Below, piece after piece: positions 1-13,514 of a DNA stretch of 64,000 nucleotides. Position 1 is the first letter of the stretch; each line of letters starts with the position of its first letter. A program made the translations under genes and the position numbers. This stretch comes from Octopus vulgaris (Eukaryota): assembly GCA_951406725.2 (NCBI GenBank), contig OX597826.1:42098001-42162000 (forward strand), written 5' to 3'. The notes below the pieces were generated by a model. That model was given only the letters and a program-made list of their open reading frames with translations, was not told the origin of the DNA and ran no database searches.

Positions 1-278
1 ATACATACATACATACATACATACATACATACATACATACATACATACACACATACATACATACATGCATACATACATACATGTATACATACATACACAC
101 ACATGCATACATATATCCAAACATGCATGCATACATACCTACATGCCTATATATATATATATACTTATAAATATTCAAACATTCATATATATATATGATT
201 GTGTGTGTGTGTGTGTATGTGTGTGTGTTTGTGTGTGCATGTGTGTGTATATATCTATATATCTATATGCATGTATGA

Positions 279-335
<57 letters not shown>

Positions 336-419
336 CATACATACATACATACATACATAATATAAACACTGACACACTCAACAGCAACAAAAACAACAGC
401 TCACATACACACACACATA

Positions 420-492
<73 letters not shown>

Positions 493-520
493 ATATATGT
501 ATGTATATGTATGCGTTTGT
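1..520. repeat. Compound microsatellite (TACA)n/(TA)n/(TG)n
   Basis: Directly visible simple repeats; all overlapping ORFs are low-complexity translations. Confidence 0.97.
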
Positions 521-807
521 CGAAATCAGTACATAAGCACGACCAAACAAACATCTGAAACATCTAAAGATTCCTGTAGATATCTTGTGATAGGGTATGG
601 TTTGGCGCTGTGTTGTGGTGGTGGCGGTGGTAGTGGAATCATGGTGGTGGTGTTGTAGTGTGGTATGATGATGTTGCCGTGCGGTGTCTGGTGTAGAAGA
701 AATGTTATAAGTTTATAAAGGTAAAGATGAGAAATGATGAAAGCGAACTAACTCGAAGTAAAAACGATTTGTTATTCTGAGTGACCGTAGAAAGCATTTG
801 GGAGGCT

Positions 808-1003
808 AGAAGAAGAAGAAGAAGAAGAAGAAGAAGAAGAAGAAGAAGAAGAAGAAGAAGAAGAAGAAGAAGAAGAAGAAGAAGAAGAAGAAGAAGAAGG
901 GCAAGGAGAAGTAGGAGGAAGAAGGAAAAAGAAAGAAGACGACGATGAAAAAAAGAAAAAGTAAAGTAGAAGACAAAGAAGAAAAAAGAAAGAGAAAAAG
1001 AAA

Positions 1004-1048
<45 letters not shown>

Positions 1049-1051
1049 AAG

Positions 1052-1083
<32 letters not shown>

Positions 1084-1265
1084 GAAGAAGAAGAAGGGCA
1101 AGGAGAAGAAGAAGAAGAAGAAGAAGAAGAAGAAGAAGGGCAAGGAGAAGAAGAAGAAGAAGAAGAAGAAGAAGAAGAAGAAGAAGAAGAAGAAGAAGAA
1201 GAAGAAGAAGAAGAAGAAGAGCAAGAACAAGAACAAGAACAACAACAGCAACAATAACAACAGCA
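808..1265. repeat. (AAG)n/(AGT)n/(AAC)n trinucleotide array
   Basis: Long pure AAG runs interrupted by ggcaagga and an AGT run. Confidence 0.97.
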
Positions 1266-1274
1266 ATAATTGTT

Positions 1275-1485
1275 TCAGAATTTAGCACAAGGCCAGCAAC
1301 TTCGGGGTAGACGTAAGCCGATTCGATCGACTCCAGTACTCAACTAGTACTTATTTTAACGATCCCGAAAGGATGAAAGGCAAATACGACGTCTGTAAAA
1401 TTTGAACTCAGAACGTAAAGACGGACGAAATGGCACTAAGCATTTTGCCCGGCGAGCTAACGGTTTTGATAACTCGTCGCCTTCA
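1275..1485 (-). mobile_element. tRNA-derived SINE with Nin/Deu-type central domain (OK-like octopus SINE), diverged copy
   Basis: Reverse complement of the head ggcgagc..gttagc..gagttcaaatt and of the core gcctttcatcctttcggg; matches copies at 16510, 29128 and 32479. Confidence 0.85.
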
Positions 1486-1560
1486 TAACAACAACAACCA
1501 CAACAATAATAATAGCACTACCACCATCACCAATACCACCAATAATAGTAATGATAACAC

Positions 1561-2096
1561 TTTCTTTTATTGGCCTTTAAGGCCGATCACAAAACAAATA
1601 GGAATGACACAATACAAGGGACAGGTGGGGTGTTGAACAATGCCGTGTATACAGTAAGTAACAAAAACAATTAACAAAACAATCAAACAATGAAATTCCC
1701 CAAAAGTGGAGAGTTCCTCACGGGGACAACCGAGGAACCTCACACATTCTGGTTATCTCGACCTCTAGATGCACCTCAGCATACACCTCTCTCCTCAAAC
1801 TCCTTTGGTTTACAAACGAAAGTTCAGAGAGGGCCCATTCACATGGGCCATCCTCACCACATTCACCCTTCTTTCAACAAATTTACTGAGGAGTGGTGAG
1901 GGAAGAGCTTTCCTCTCTAATCTCACCTTCCTTTTCAGGTGGAACTTGAAAAAGTCAATGAGGGTTTGGCCGAAGAGGAAAGTATCTGTCTTCAGCCCTT
2001 TCAATTTCGTCCACCACACTACGTCCTTCGCTATAGCCACCAGATAGAGGAAAATTGCCCTTACTTCTCGGCCAAAGGAAGGCGGCGGGGTGATCT
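1561..2096 (-). mobile_element. 3' fragment of a Tx1/L1-clade LINE (ORF2 C-terminus plus 3' UTR)
   Basis: ORF 1810-2145(-) PPPSFGRE..AIAKDVVWWTKLKGL..FFKFHLKRKVRLERKAL aligns with PPPSFKRE..AMAKECVWWTRLKGL..FFKYQLKRRMRIERKAL of the LINE at 59170-59544. Confidence 0.9.
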
Positions 2097-2129
2097 TCAC
2101 GATAATAATAGTAATGTTAATATTGATGA

Positions 2130-2742
2130 TTTCAAATCTTGGCACAAGGACAAACGAGTTCGGGGGAAGGGGTTAACATCGACCCCAGTGTTCAACTGGT
2201 ACTTATTTTATTTACCCCGAAAGGACGAAAGGCGGAACTGGGACTCAGAATGTAAAGACGGATGTAATGCTGCTAAGCATTTTGCCTGCTCAATAATGAT
2301 TCTGCTAGCTCGCCGCCTTAAAAGATGAAAGGCAAAGAAGATCTCAGCGGAATTTGATTTCAGAACGTAGAGACGGACGAAATGCCACTGAACATTTTAT
2401 CCGGCGTGCTAACGGTTCTGCCAGCTTGCCATTTTTCAAAACAACAACAGCAACGAAAACAACAACAATAATAGCATCACTACCACCACTACTCGCACAA
2501 ACAATAATAATGATGATACTAATAGTCTTTTCTACTATTGGCACAAGGCCTGGATTCTGTGCGGAGGGAGACAGTCGATCACATCGAGCCCAGTACGCCA
2601 CTGGTGCCTAATTTATCGACTCCGAAAGGATGAAAGGCAAAGTCGATCTCGGCAGAATTTGAACTCAGAACCAAAGGACGGACGAAATGCTGTAAAGCAT
2701 TTTGCCCGGCGTGCCAATGATACTGCCAGCTTGCCACTTCCA
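2130..2742 (-). mobile_element. Cluster of three OK-like SINE copies or fragments (about 2130-2320, 2320-2435, 2530-2742)
   Basis: Repeated gaaaggatgaaaggcaaagtcga..gaatttgaactcagaa..ttctgccagctcgcc motifs, all in the same orientation. Confidence 0.85.
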
Positions 2743-2779
2743 TAACAACAACAATAACAATAGTAACAAAAACAACAAC

Positions 2780-2837
<58 letters not shown>

Positions 2838-3355
2838 GCACCACTACCATTACTACTACTACTACCACCAACAATAATAGTAATAATAATAATAAAATGA
2901 AAACGACAACAATAATAAAAATAATAATAATAATCATATTTATGATATTAATATTAATAATAAATACTAATGTTCGTTCTATCATGTAAATATATCTAAA
3001 AGAAACATATAAGGGGTCTGTAGTAGTGCAGAAATTTAGGGTAATTAATTAATTATTTTTGTTTCGTTCGTCAGAGATTTCTCTGAGATTAAATTGGATT
3101 TTGGTTTTAATCAATTCTGGAATCAACGGTACGGTATGTCTTTCCTGAAGAATCATCAGGAAATGAAATGGTTTCTGTTAGTTCTTACTCACCTTCCCCC
3201 CTTTTTAGGTCTTACTAATAAACATACCTATTTCAAGACTTGTTTTGGCATTATCTTATTTTGGTACATTCCCGAAAGGTTACGTATTCCTTATATGTAT
3301 ATTTGTTGGCATGTATGTATGTATGTATGTATGTATGTATGTATGTATGTATGTA

Positions 3356-3386
<31 letters not shown>

Positions 3387-3595
3387 ATGTATGTATGTAT
3401 GCATGTATGTATGTATGTATGTATGTATGCATGTGTATGTATGTATGCATGTATGTATGTGTATGATTTTACGCATTTCCAACGCTCTTTGTTTTTCTAT
3501 TTTGTCATTTTTGCTTCTGTTAGCAATTACTTTACATGCGTATAAGTGAGTGCATGCATATGTTTATATTCACACACAGACACACACACACGCAC

Positions 3596-3656
<61 letters not shown>

Positions 3657-3729
3657 CATATATATCTGTATGTATGTATGTATGTATGTATGTATGTATG
3701 TACGTATGTATGTATGTATGGATGTATGT

Positions 3730-3915
3730 ATTCTTTTACTTATTTCAGTCATTTGACTGCGGCCATGCTGGAGCATTGCCTTTAGTCGAACAAATCGCCC
3801 CGGAACTTATTCTTTGTAAGCCTATTGGTCCCTTTTGTCGAACTGCTAAGTTGCGGGGATGTAAACTTACCAACAACGGTTGTCAAGCGGTGGTGGTGGG
3901 GACAAACATAAACAC
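3730..3915 (-). mobile_element. 3' half of microsatellite-bearing SINE (family C)
   Basis: tttcagtcatttgactgcggccatgctggagc...ggttgtcaagcg matches the reverse complement of 35280-35460. Confidence 0.85.
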
Positions 3916-4112
3916 ACACTCATAATGGTTACATATACAAAATGAATATATACACATAGCTGTTTGTGTATATATATATATGCATGTATGTATGTATGTA
4001 TGTATGTATGTATACACGCGTAGGGTCTCGATCCAATGCAAGTTATAGGTCCAACCTTGGGATGTTCAAGGTGTTATGTTTGTATAAAAGAACAAAATAT
4101 ATATATAAAAAC

Positions 4113-4330
4113 TTAAGGCGGCAAGCTGGTAGAATCGTTAACACATCGGGCAAAACGCTTAGCGGCATTTCGTCTGTGTTTACTTATTGAATTCAAATTC
4201 CATTGTGGTTGACTTTGCCCTGGATTACTTGTATCGATAAAATAAGTATCAGTTGATCACTAGGTTCGACGTAATCGACTTATACCCTCCTTCAAAACTG
4301 CTGGCCTTGTGCCAAAATTTTAAACCAATA
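4113..4330 (+). mobile_element. OK-like SINE, diverged, alternative tail (ggccttgtgccaaaattt)
   Basis: Head aaggcggcaagctggtagaatcgtta; core tcgataaaataagta. Confidence 0.8.
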
Positions 4331-4746
4331 TTCTTTACAAAAATAATTTTCTTTCAAACACTTAATACTTTGAATATGTCATTTTTTTTTTTTTTCTGAA
4401 GCAAAAATAGCACTTTACAAATTGGCAATTTCCTTGTGATCATTTCATGATTGCATAATAAACAATAATATTATTGAAATTTGAAATGAAATTTCCATTT
4501 TTATTATGCACAAAAATCTCAGCAAAACAGGAAAAGCCAGTTCGGTTACGTTTCGTTACTGCAATTAAACTGGATTTCCTTACTTAGACTTTCAAGGATA
4601 TTTTATTGGTATGTTCTGGCTGAACGGCCGTCCTATTAAAATTGCTTATCTGTCCTACAACTGGAAACAATATAAATATAGTTCTTGCATATATACATAC
4701 ACGTATGCATAGATACATGCAGACAGGCATGATTATATGTATGTAT

Positions 4747-4799
<53 letters not shown>

Positions 4800-4832
4800 C
4801 GTATTGGATGCATACATACATACATACATACA

Positions 4833-4866
<34 letters not shown>

Positions 4867-5299
4867 GATACATACATACATACATAAAAGCATGCATAAT
4901 ACATATATGCTTACGTATGTACATATGTCAAGTACTTGGTGGTATTTTAACACCCGGCACTTTGAAAGAATATTTTCTATCTCACCATATCGCAGCTTAC
5001 TCGTAAGTACACGAACCTCATACGTTAAGTATAAGTGGTTGACAAAGTTTCATTACATTAGCTCTGCTTCTATTTCATATTTCAGTTTATTGCTAAATAG
5101 TGTTTCACCCCACCTTGTATTTATACGCCCTTCGAACAGTTGTTTTCACCCTGTTGAACGTCTAATAACAAGCCTCACTTGCTTGGTCTGTGGAAAGTGG
5201 TGCATGTTTCGTTGCTAATGATCCAACCATGCAACAGGTATTACAATATTACATGTTCGTGAGTTTGGCCGAATCCATTTGCTGATTAGGGGATGAGGA

Positions 5300-6520
5300 G
5301 AAGAGGAATCTGAAGTTCTGGGACAAACGATTTGTCTGAGAGAAATAAAAGCTTTCACGTGAGATGTTTAAAGCTAATAGCCACAGAAACAAATGTCAAT
5401 ATGACCAGGTTAAAAGATATAATATATGCAGCAGTCTCTGTGGTCACAAAAGAAGCTGAAAGCCCCCTCAAACCCATCCAAACAGGAGTATCACCACCTA
5501 AACAAATCCTGTGGATAAATAATATCCAGAAAATAATAGAAAATAAAGCAAGGATCTGTCAGTTCTTAATGAAACTAGTAGACAATCATCACTACTAAAT
5601 AACGAAAAGAGAAGAAAATACTACGTAAATACAAAATTACAGAACAAGGTACACCTGAGGTAAAAGAACTGCTAAAGCAAGATATCCTCGTCAAAGCACA
5701 AAGATTCTACCGGTATCGGAAACGCCAACGTTTCTATGAACAAAACAAAAAGTTCGACTCCAACACCAAAAGATTCTACCAAGAACTTGGCAAAAATAGA
5801 AAAGAGATCAATGCAGCATCAACAGCAGAAGAAGTGGAAGAATTTTAGAAAGAAATATGATCGGCGAAGGAGCAAACTCAGAAAATATCTATGAAAGCAA
5901 CAAACACTGCACCTGAACAACTCTGGACTCCTATAACAACTGGCAAGAAAAGCCCCTACATGGCAAATATTGGGTTAAGCAAAACAGAAAAGAAATAGAC
6001 TAAGCAAAATCCCAATAATGGCCGAAAAGCTCAGGACTCAACGCCAGCACAAGATCAAAACCTTCCCACCAGAAATCGCCAAAAACACGTGATGAAAATA
6101 CAGGTAACTGCAGAATATGTAGTGATGGAGAAGAAACAATAAATCATATTATCTCTGGCTGCCCAGTCCTGGCTAAGAAGGAATACATTCACAGACACGA
6201 CAGAATTGGGATCTGTATACACTAGAAGCTATGCCAGCACTATGGAATAACAACAGAAAAAAAGATGGTATAGTACACCCCAGAAAAGTCATAGAAAATG
6301 AGAAAGCAAGCGTATTATGGAATATGTCAATACACACAGATAGAGAAAATAAGGATAATAGGCCGGATATAGTTGTCAGAGATCACCAAGAAAAAAAATG
6401 TATCAATACCAACAGATAACAATGTCTCTCTAAAAGAAACGGAGAAACTTTCAAAATACGAAGATCTGGAAATAGAGGTAACTCGAATGTGGAGTCTAAA
6501 AACAGAAACAATTCCTACTT
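5300..6520 (+). mobile_element. Decayed non-LTR retrotransposon with restriction-like endonuclease (R4/Dong type), RT region apparently deleted
   Basis: Translation across frames gives the CCHC finger CRIC..EETINHIISGCPVLAKKEYIHRHD and the RLE motif WNMSIHTDRE..NRPDIVVRD..EKLSKYEDLEIEVTRMW. Many stops; no YxDD motif found. Confidence 0.85.
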
Positions 6521-6869
6521 AATGAAGACAAGGTGAGGGCGCAAGAGGTGAATTAAAGAAGTGGTTGGGGTAGTCTGTTAAATCCCTTTAGAATTATTTT
6601 GTAACTTTTGGACGTCAAATCTTGTCGCACTTTGACGTTTAGCTGCACACACACACACACACACCACCTCACACACATATTCACACACATACACATATTC
6701 CTTCTCTCTTTCATACTTTCATACACATTCCCACTTTCTTTCTCACTCTCTTTCTCTCTCATACATACACCTGGACGCCTACAATTATTTTAGCCTATAA
6801 AATACAGTTACCAGTATCCATTCGGCCTCCGTTACTCACTATTGCGATTCAATACATTCACACGCACAC

Positions 6870-6944
<75 letters not shown>

Positions 6945-7169
6945 TTCTCTCTCTCTCTTAATCCCTCTCTGACACCCTCACATACATATTGGACTTTGAC
7001 CTCTGTTTCCATTGACCTTTAGTTACACGATAATTTCACAAAGTAATATTTTGTAATACATTCAGATGAACAACGGGGGTCGATGTAATCGACTTAAAGC
7101 CTTTCTCCGAAATTGCTGGCCTTGTGCCAAAATTCGAAACCAATATTTTCTAATATATTACTTGCACGC

Positions 7170-7193
7170 ACTACAACAACGATGATGATGACA

Positions 7194-7224
<31 letters not shown>

Positions 7225-7335
7225 TGACATCGACGACTATGACGATGACGACCACCACCACCACCACCACCACCACCGCCGCCGCCGCCGCCACCACCAC
7301 CAGCACCACCACCACCACGACAACCACGACAACCA
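7170..7335. repeat. Compound trinucleotide array (GAC/CAC/GCC)n
   Basis: Directly visible. Confidence 0.95.
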
Positions 7336-7414
7336 CAGGATCTATGCCGCATAATTGAAGAATGTATAAATTATGTATTCAGCAGAATAGAAAAAGTTTT
7401 TTTTTCATGTTTAT

Positions 7415-7567
7415 TGTGTGTATATGTGTGTATCTGCATGTGTGTATATGTGTATATGTGTATATGTGTGTATGTGTATATGTGTGTATCTGTATGTGTG
7501 TGTGTTTGTATACCGCACGGAACAAGAACATCTAAGGTTTCGGCATGTGTGAGTGTGTGTGTGCGTG

Positions 7568-7649
<82 letters not shown>

Positions 7650-7703
7650 TGTGTTTGTGTGTGTGTTTGTGTGCGTGTGTGTGTTTGTATTTGTGTGTGT
7701 GTG

Positions 7704-7736
<33 letters not shown>

Positions 7737-7803
7737 TTGTGTGTGTGTGTTTGTGTGTGTGTGTTTGTGTTTGTGTTTGTGTGTGTGTGTGTGTGTGTGT
7801 GCT

Positions 7804-7844
<41 letters not shown>

Positions 7845-7871
7845 TTGTGTTTGTGTGTGTGTGTGTGTGTG

Positions 7872-7910
<39 letters not shown>

Positions 7911-7912
7911 CG
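7415..7912. repeat. About 500-bp imperfect (TG)n array
   Basis: Directly visible. Confidence 0.97.
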
Positions 7913-8831
7913 TGGTGGTGGAGGTTAATCATTTATTTATTTACTTATTTATTTATCGGTTCTGCAAACTTCCCGGAATTTCCAAAAAGCATCATCATCA
8001 ACAATAGCAGCAACACTGAATTAATCATCTTATTTTAATTCGACTGGCAACCGTTTCACAGCTTTAACTTTTCAAACCAACCCTTTATTTATTTATTTAT
8101 TTATTTGACAGTGAAATTTCTAGTCCCCACCACCTCCCGACCTTTCCATCTCTGTAGAAACGTGTTCGCTGACTAATCTTAACTAGGATTCCCTTTGCCC
8201 CTCTTGGCACTAAATAGACGGCAACTCAGTCAAGTGTTGGAGTTTCTTTGTTTTCCTTATGACCAGAATAGGATGTCTGTTGATAAATATAATCTAGGCA
8301 AACTATTAAAACTCATTTTGTTTTCTTCTAAAGATAGCGACCCAAATACAAGACAGAAAGAAATTCCATCTCCGCACGCTGTTTGTAAATTATAAACATT
8401 CATCCATCTGTTTTCAAAGTAAATCCTGGATAATCAAGATTAGAAGACGTAGAACGAAAACAAAGGATAAAAAGGTCTCAATGAATGAATTGAAGGGGAC
8501 AATTGAGTCATTTTCATGTTCTGCTGAGATAATAGGAAAGTTCAAAAGGTTAAAACATTCAGGACTACAAATGAGGGCAATGATCATTTTCTAATTATCT
8601 GTCTTTTAATTAGAGTAAAAGATTGTTGAAGAACTAACTCTATGGCAACTTCAGTTCGTGCTTTGTATTTCTTATGGAGTATTGTAAATTCTTCAGGTCA
8701 TTTTTATGTGTCACAAGGATCTAAATGCTTTAGTGAGACCAATGCAAAGAAGAGAGCTTTTACATCAATGATTCTCAAACCGTTTCTCAAGCTCCACTCC
8801 TCGATTGAATTTGTAATTTGACAAACAATCG

Positions 8832-8910
<79 letters not shown>

Positions 8911-8919
8911 ACAAATGTA

Positions 8920-8956
<37 letters not shown>

Positions 8957-8958
<2 letters not shown>

Positions 8959-9122
8959 GACGGGTTTCTTTCAGTTTCCGTCTGCCAAATCCATTCACAA
9001 GGCTTTGTTCGGTCCAAGGCTATAGCAGAAGGCACTTAGCAAAATATGCCACACAGTGGGACTGAACCCAGAGCTATGTGGTTGGAAATCAAGCTTCTTA
9101 CCACACAGCCACACCTGCGCCT
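8957..9122 (-). mobile_element. 5' half (tRNA-like head and core) of SINE family C
   Basis: Reverse complement of ggcgcaggtgtggctgtgtggtaagaagctt...ggttcagtcccactg...gacggaaactgaaagaa. Confidence 0.85.
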
Positions 9123-9424
9123 ATATATATATAAAGCTTAGGTTGGATTTGAAATCAGAATTTAAAGAGCATAAGAAGACGGTGCACTGTGGCGTGTGCA
9201 CTATCGAGCCTGCCAGCTCGCCACCTTGCGCTCGTGGAATAAAGTTGAAATATATACACTGACAATAGCCTTGAGAGTGACTTTGGATGACGGAAACTGA
9301 AAGAAACCCTTTGCATATATATATATATTTTTCGTTATCTCTCATAATCTATTTTTATTTTACTGAACTGAAAAGCCAGAAAAATTCCAGAGGAAAGAAG
9401 TGTTTGGCTTTATATGATTTCATA

Positions 9425-9578
9425 TTTATTTCTTTACTGCCCACAAGGGGCTAAACACAGAGGGGACAAACAAGGACAGACAAAGGTATTAAGTCGATTA
9501 TATCGACCTCAGTGCGTAACTAGTACTTAATTTATCGACCCCGAAAGGATGAAAGGCAAAGTCGACCTCGGCGGAATG
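9425..9578 (-). mobile_element. 5'-truncated OK-like SINE
   Basis: Near-identical to the reverse complement of the core and tail at 32570-32710. Confidence 0.9.
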
Positions 9579-9905
9579 ACGAAAGAACATTAAGTGAGTA
9601 TTGTCAACAAATATTCATACGTACATACATACATACATACATACATACATACATACATACATACATACATACATACATACATACATGCATAGATACACAC
9701 ATACACAGACAGATGCACGCGCGCGCACAGATACACTCATAAAGAATCGAAAGCGTGGATGTTTCCACGGAGGAGGTGGAATAGTTGCTAGTATGCAGTT
9801 AATCATGAAATTATATTTGACACGAGATTTCTCTCGCCCAGAGATGTCATTTGATAGACAGAAAGATCGACAGCGAGATATATATTTCGTTGTATATCTA
9901 TCAAT

Positions 9906-9982
<77 letters not shown>

Positions 9983-10072
9983 TCGCACTCGCTGTGCGTG
10001 TGTGTATGTGCTTGTGTGCATATGTATGTATGAATGCATGTATGTGCGCGTATATACGTACGCGTGTTGTAT

Positions 10073-10117
<45 letters not shown>

Positions 10118-10163
10118 ATATTATATGAGTGTGTGTGTGTGTATCTATTCATCTATCTATCTG

Positions 10164-10250
<87 letters not shown>

Positions 10251-10774
10251 AGTGAGTGAGAGAGAGTGAGAGAGAAAGAGAAGGTAGAGGAAGTAGCAGA
10301 CAATAGGTAGAAATAAAACAAAGAAAGAAAATAAAAAGAAGGAAGGAAGGAAGGAATATTGGAAAGCAACAAGAAACGTTCAAAAGAAAGAAGAGCAGGT
10401 TGTCGCAACATCTGTAGGGCCGCCACACCCTGACTAGATAATGTTGACACGTTTGAAGTTGTGGACAAAAATCTAGAACAGTTTACGCTGAAATGCAATC
10501 TATTTACTGAAGTCTTATGGCTGTATGGTAAGGATATCCGCCCGACATTCGATCGATCATTGCTTTAGTGTAAGTGGTGTGAGGATTAGTATGACAGGTT
10601 TTATCAGATCGATATTGCTTTGTGTCAAAGCAGATTGACACAAGGCCTGTGTTGTTTATTTGCTGAGCAATCTGTCTGTCGTATAATATACGATACTGTT
10701 ATATGTTGTGGTGACATCCAGGTTGTTGTTTCAAGTTTTACTGTCAACCTTTATCGTTTGTCTACAGAAAATAT

Positions 10775-11151
10775 TGTGGAGGCGCAATGGCCCAGTGGTT
10801 AGGGCAGCAGACTCGCGGTCATAGGATCGCGGTTTCGATTCCCAGACCGGGCGTTGTGAGTGTTTATTGAGCGAAAACACCTAAAGCTCCACGAGGCTCC
10901 GGCAGGGGATGGTGGTGATTCCTGCTGTACTCTTTCGCCACACTCTTACTTCCTGTTTCTGTTGTACCTGTATTTCAAAGGGCCGGCCTTGTCACTCTCT
11001 GTGTCACGCTGAATATCCCCGAGAACTACGTTAAGGGTACACGTGTCTGTGGAGTGCTCAGCCACTTACACGTTAATTTCACGAGCAGGCTGTTCCGTTG
11101 ATTCAGATCAACCGGAACCCTCGTCGACGTAACCGACGGAGTGCTTCCACC
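10775..11151 (+). mobile_element. Full-length tRNA-derived SINE (head A, tail X) with 11-bp TSD
   Basis: A/B-box-like tggcccagtggttagg and gtttcgattccc; TSD acagaaaatat at 10764-10774 and 11152-11162; near-identical copy at 30246. Confidence 0.93.
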
Positions 11152-11185
11152 ACAGAAAATATGGATTCGGTTGAAGTGAGTTAAT

Positions 11186-11410
11186 CACCTTTCAGCGTTT
11201 AAACCGGCCACATCAAGCCCAAATGTCCAAATACTCGACCTTGTTTTATGTTGAAATCAGCCAGTTCTGTTTTTTTCATATCTATCCTACAATGGCATAC
11301 AATCACGTAATCAGAATCTTGAAGTTACGAGATAACACCAGGTTAATTCAAAACAATGTGATTAAATAGGCATTACAATTGCCAGAATAATTTGAATGAC
11401 AAAGAGTTAA
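11186..11410. mobile_element. Probable piggyBac-type MITE, degenerate
   Basis: Ends cctttcagcgtttaaa and tttgaatgacaaagagttaa are roughly complementary; terminal TTAA. Confidence 0.45.
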
Positions 11411-11843
11411 GACACTATAACACCAAGTACAGGCTTTCAGATAGAGTGTAACTGACCCCCAACAGAAGTGTAGTGTACTATAAGTTTTACAACACTACTC
11501 ATTTATATTATATTTAGAGAACAGTGATTAAATGAGAGCAAGCGTAATTGCTTAAAGAAATTAAACTGAAAAGAAAAAGGATTGCAAAAAATCACTTTTC
11601 TATCTACTTTAGAGCGTAAACGTTGAAAGGATACTCGAAATTAGTTTGAAATCATGGAATAATTATAATTTTACGAAATTCGTGGAACACATCATACCAA
11701 GATTTTTGACAACCACGTCTGCCCTAATATTAAACAGACATTGACTGGAACAATGTGTTCTTGGGAGAGAATTTGTCTATATGAAAAATCACATATAATA
11801 TAACATATCACATATACATATATAACATTAATTATTTTAATCA

Positions 11844-12147
11844 CTAGCAGTATCGCCCGGCGTTGCTCGGGTTTGTAAGGAAAATAACTATATAAGCATT
11901 TTTAGAGAGTTACTTCCCTTATATAATAGCAAAAAAATGCATTAAAAATGGGAAAAAATTATGGTAATTTTTTTTTTTAAATCGTAGATTCATCGTAGAC
12001 GCGTACTAATACCCAGAAGGGCTCGATATGAATCACGACTATAAGATACCCACTTTTAGTTAAACTTCACCGCAAAATGTGGGAGTAGTTAGGAATCTAA
12101 ATCGTAGGAGATAGACACTCACACAACTTCACTTTTATATATACAGA
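11844..12147 (-). mobile_element. Non-autonomous Helitron
   Basis: Minus strand starts TC(tgtatatataaaa), has the subterminal hairpin cccg-agcaacgc-cggg and ends CTAG; inserted between A and T. Confidence 0.85.
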
Positions 12148-13083
12148 TATATAACATAATATAATATATAATAATTCTATATACACACTTGAAACGGAAT
12201 ATGATTGAAATACCGGTGTGTGTATTGATTATAATGTATATACAAACGTAGTACGGCATTAGCTCTAGCATTTTGTTCCAGAGAAACTTCTCAAAGATCC
12301 GCGTGTTAAAAAGTACGGGGCTCGACCAGAATATCATCAGGGAGTCGTTTTCACCTGATTCAGTCCCTCCCGTAAGCCACGAACATATACGAACATTCTG
12401 AACTAAGCAGAAAAATATTCGGTCCAATATAGAAATCGGTGAATAAATTATTCACTGGTTAATGTGAAAGTTGGCCAGGCTAAAATTAAATTGATATCTT
12501 TATTTGAAACTTGTTTCAGTTATTCGACTGTGGGTGTGTGGGAGCAGCGTCAATTTTTAGTTGAGGGAATTCTCGAGCAATGCTAGTTCTTTTGGCATTT
12601 ATTCTTCTACCAGAGAAAGCAGTTTTGCTTCTCAATGTTTGTCGATTCATCTCTAACAGCTGGACAGATTTTTGGTTTACTGACCAAAAGCACGTTCAAA
12701 GCACATGATTATCAGAAGTTATGCGGTGGCCTGCAAGTTCATAAAAAAAGTATTGAACTCTGTAAGAAAATTTTGGGAGTCGAGAACCATCAAAACTGGA
12801 TATTTCTCAGAACAAATCAGAATTCAGAATGAACAATCAAGATCTTTATGATGTTTGTAAAAAGGAGAAACTTCAGCTTCGATTTATTTTATCCAACAAA
12901 TGATATTAATTCTTTGTTATATTTTTAAAATTGCTATCATTCAGCACCATTTTTTTCTTATACAGTTATTTAAAACTGGAATTAAACCTATAAAGTTAAA
13001 AATATGTTATCGAATGCTTGAAGTGGCCTCTGTCTCAACATAGCCTAGTTTTGAACCTTTGCAGAGAACAATTTAAATTCATA

Positions 13084-13514
13084 TAAAGTATAGAAGCCAT
13101 CTTATCATGGCTAACCACATAGAGGAGGGGGGTGTTACTGTAGCTTTATAGCCCCAAGAGATCGTCGTCTCTAGCGTTTCAATCTCATTCTGAGATTTAA
13201 TTATGCTTACTGTCAGTTTTTCGAAATCAGTGGCAGACGCCACTAGAAAAACTCTTATATATTTGCAAGGAAGCCTTCACTTTCGTCGCATCCTGGTGGT
13301 TACCGCCCGTTGACAAGGGACAAATATCCCGAAACTAGTCCGAGCGTACCACTCAGGCTTGCGAGGAAGGGATGGCCTTCCTTTGCAAATACTTCAAGGG
13401 CACTGATATGGTGTCTAAAGCCAGCTAGAGACGACGATCTCTTGGGGCTATAAAGCTACAGTAACACCCCCTCCCCTATGTGGTTAGCCATGATAAGATG
13501 GCTTCTATACTTTA
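13084..13514. mobile_element. Fold-back unit with about 92-bp inverted repeats enclosing a decayed hammerhead (Penelope pseudo-LTR-like)
   Basis: 13084-13175 is the reverse complement of 13424-13514; hammerhead-like motif at 13303-13347. Confidence 0.75.
13303..13347 (+). ncRNA. Degenerate type I hammerhead ribozyme motif
   Basis: cgcccg-TTGACAA-ggga caaata tccc-GAAAC-ta-GTC-cgagcg; the core differs from CUGANGA at two positions. Confidence 0.6.

Noticed and set aside
65-1310. Long ORFs such as the 197-aa and poly-R/L/F frames, and similar YI/CV/HT ORFs throughout the window
   Set aside because: They are translations of stop-free microsatellites with no coding evidence.
10779-10850. tRNA-like sequence (also at 17430-17500, 27550-27620 and 30250-30305)
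   Set aside because: These are SINE heads, continuous with SINE bodies and in most cases bounded by TSDs; they are not stand-alone tRNA genes.
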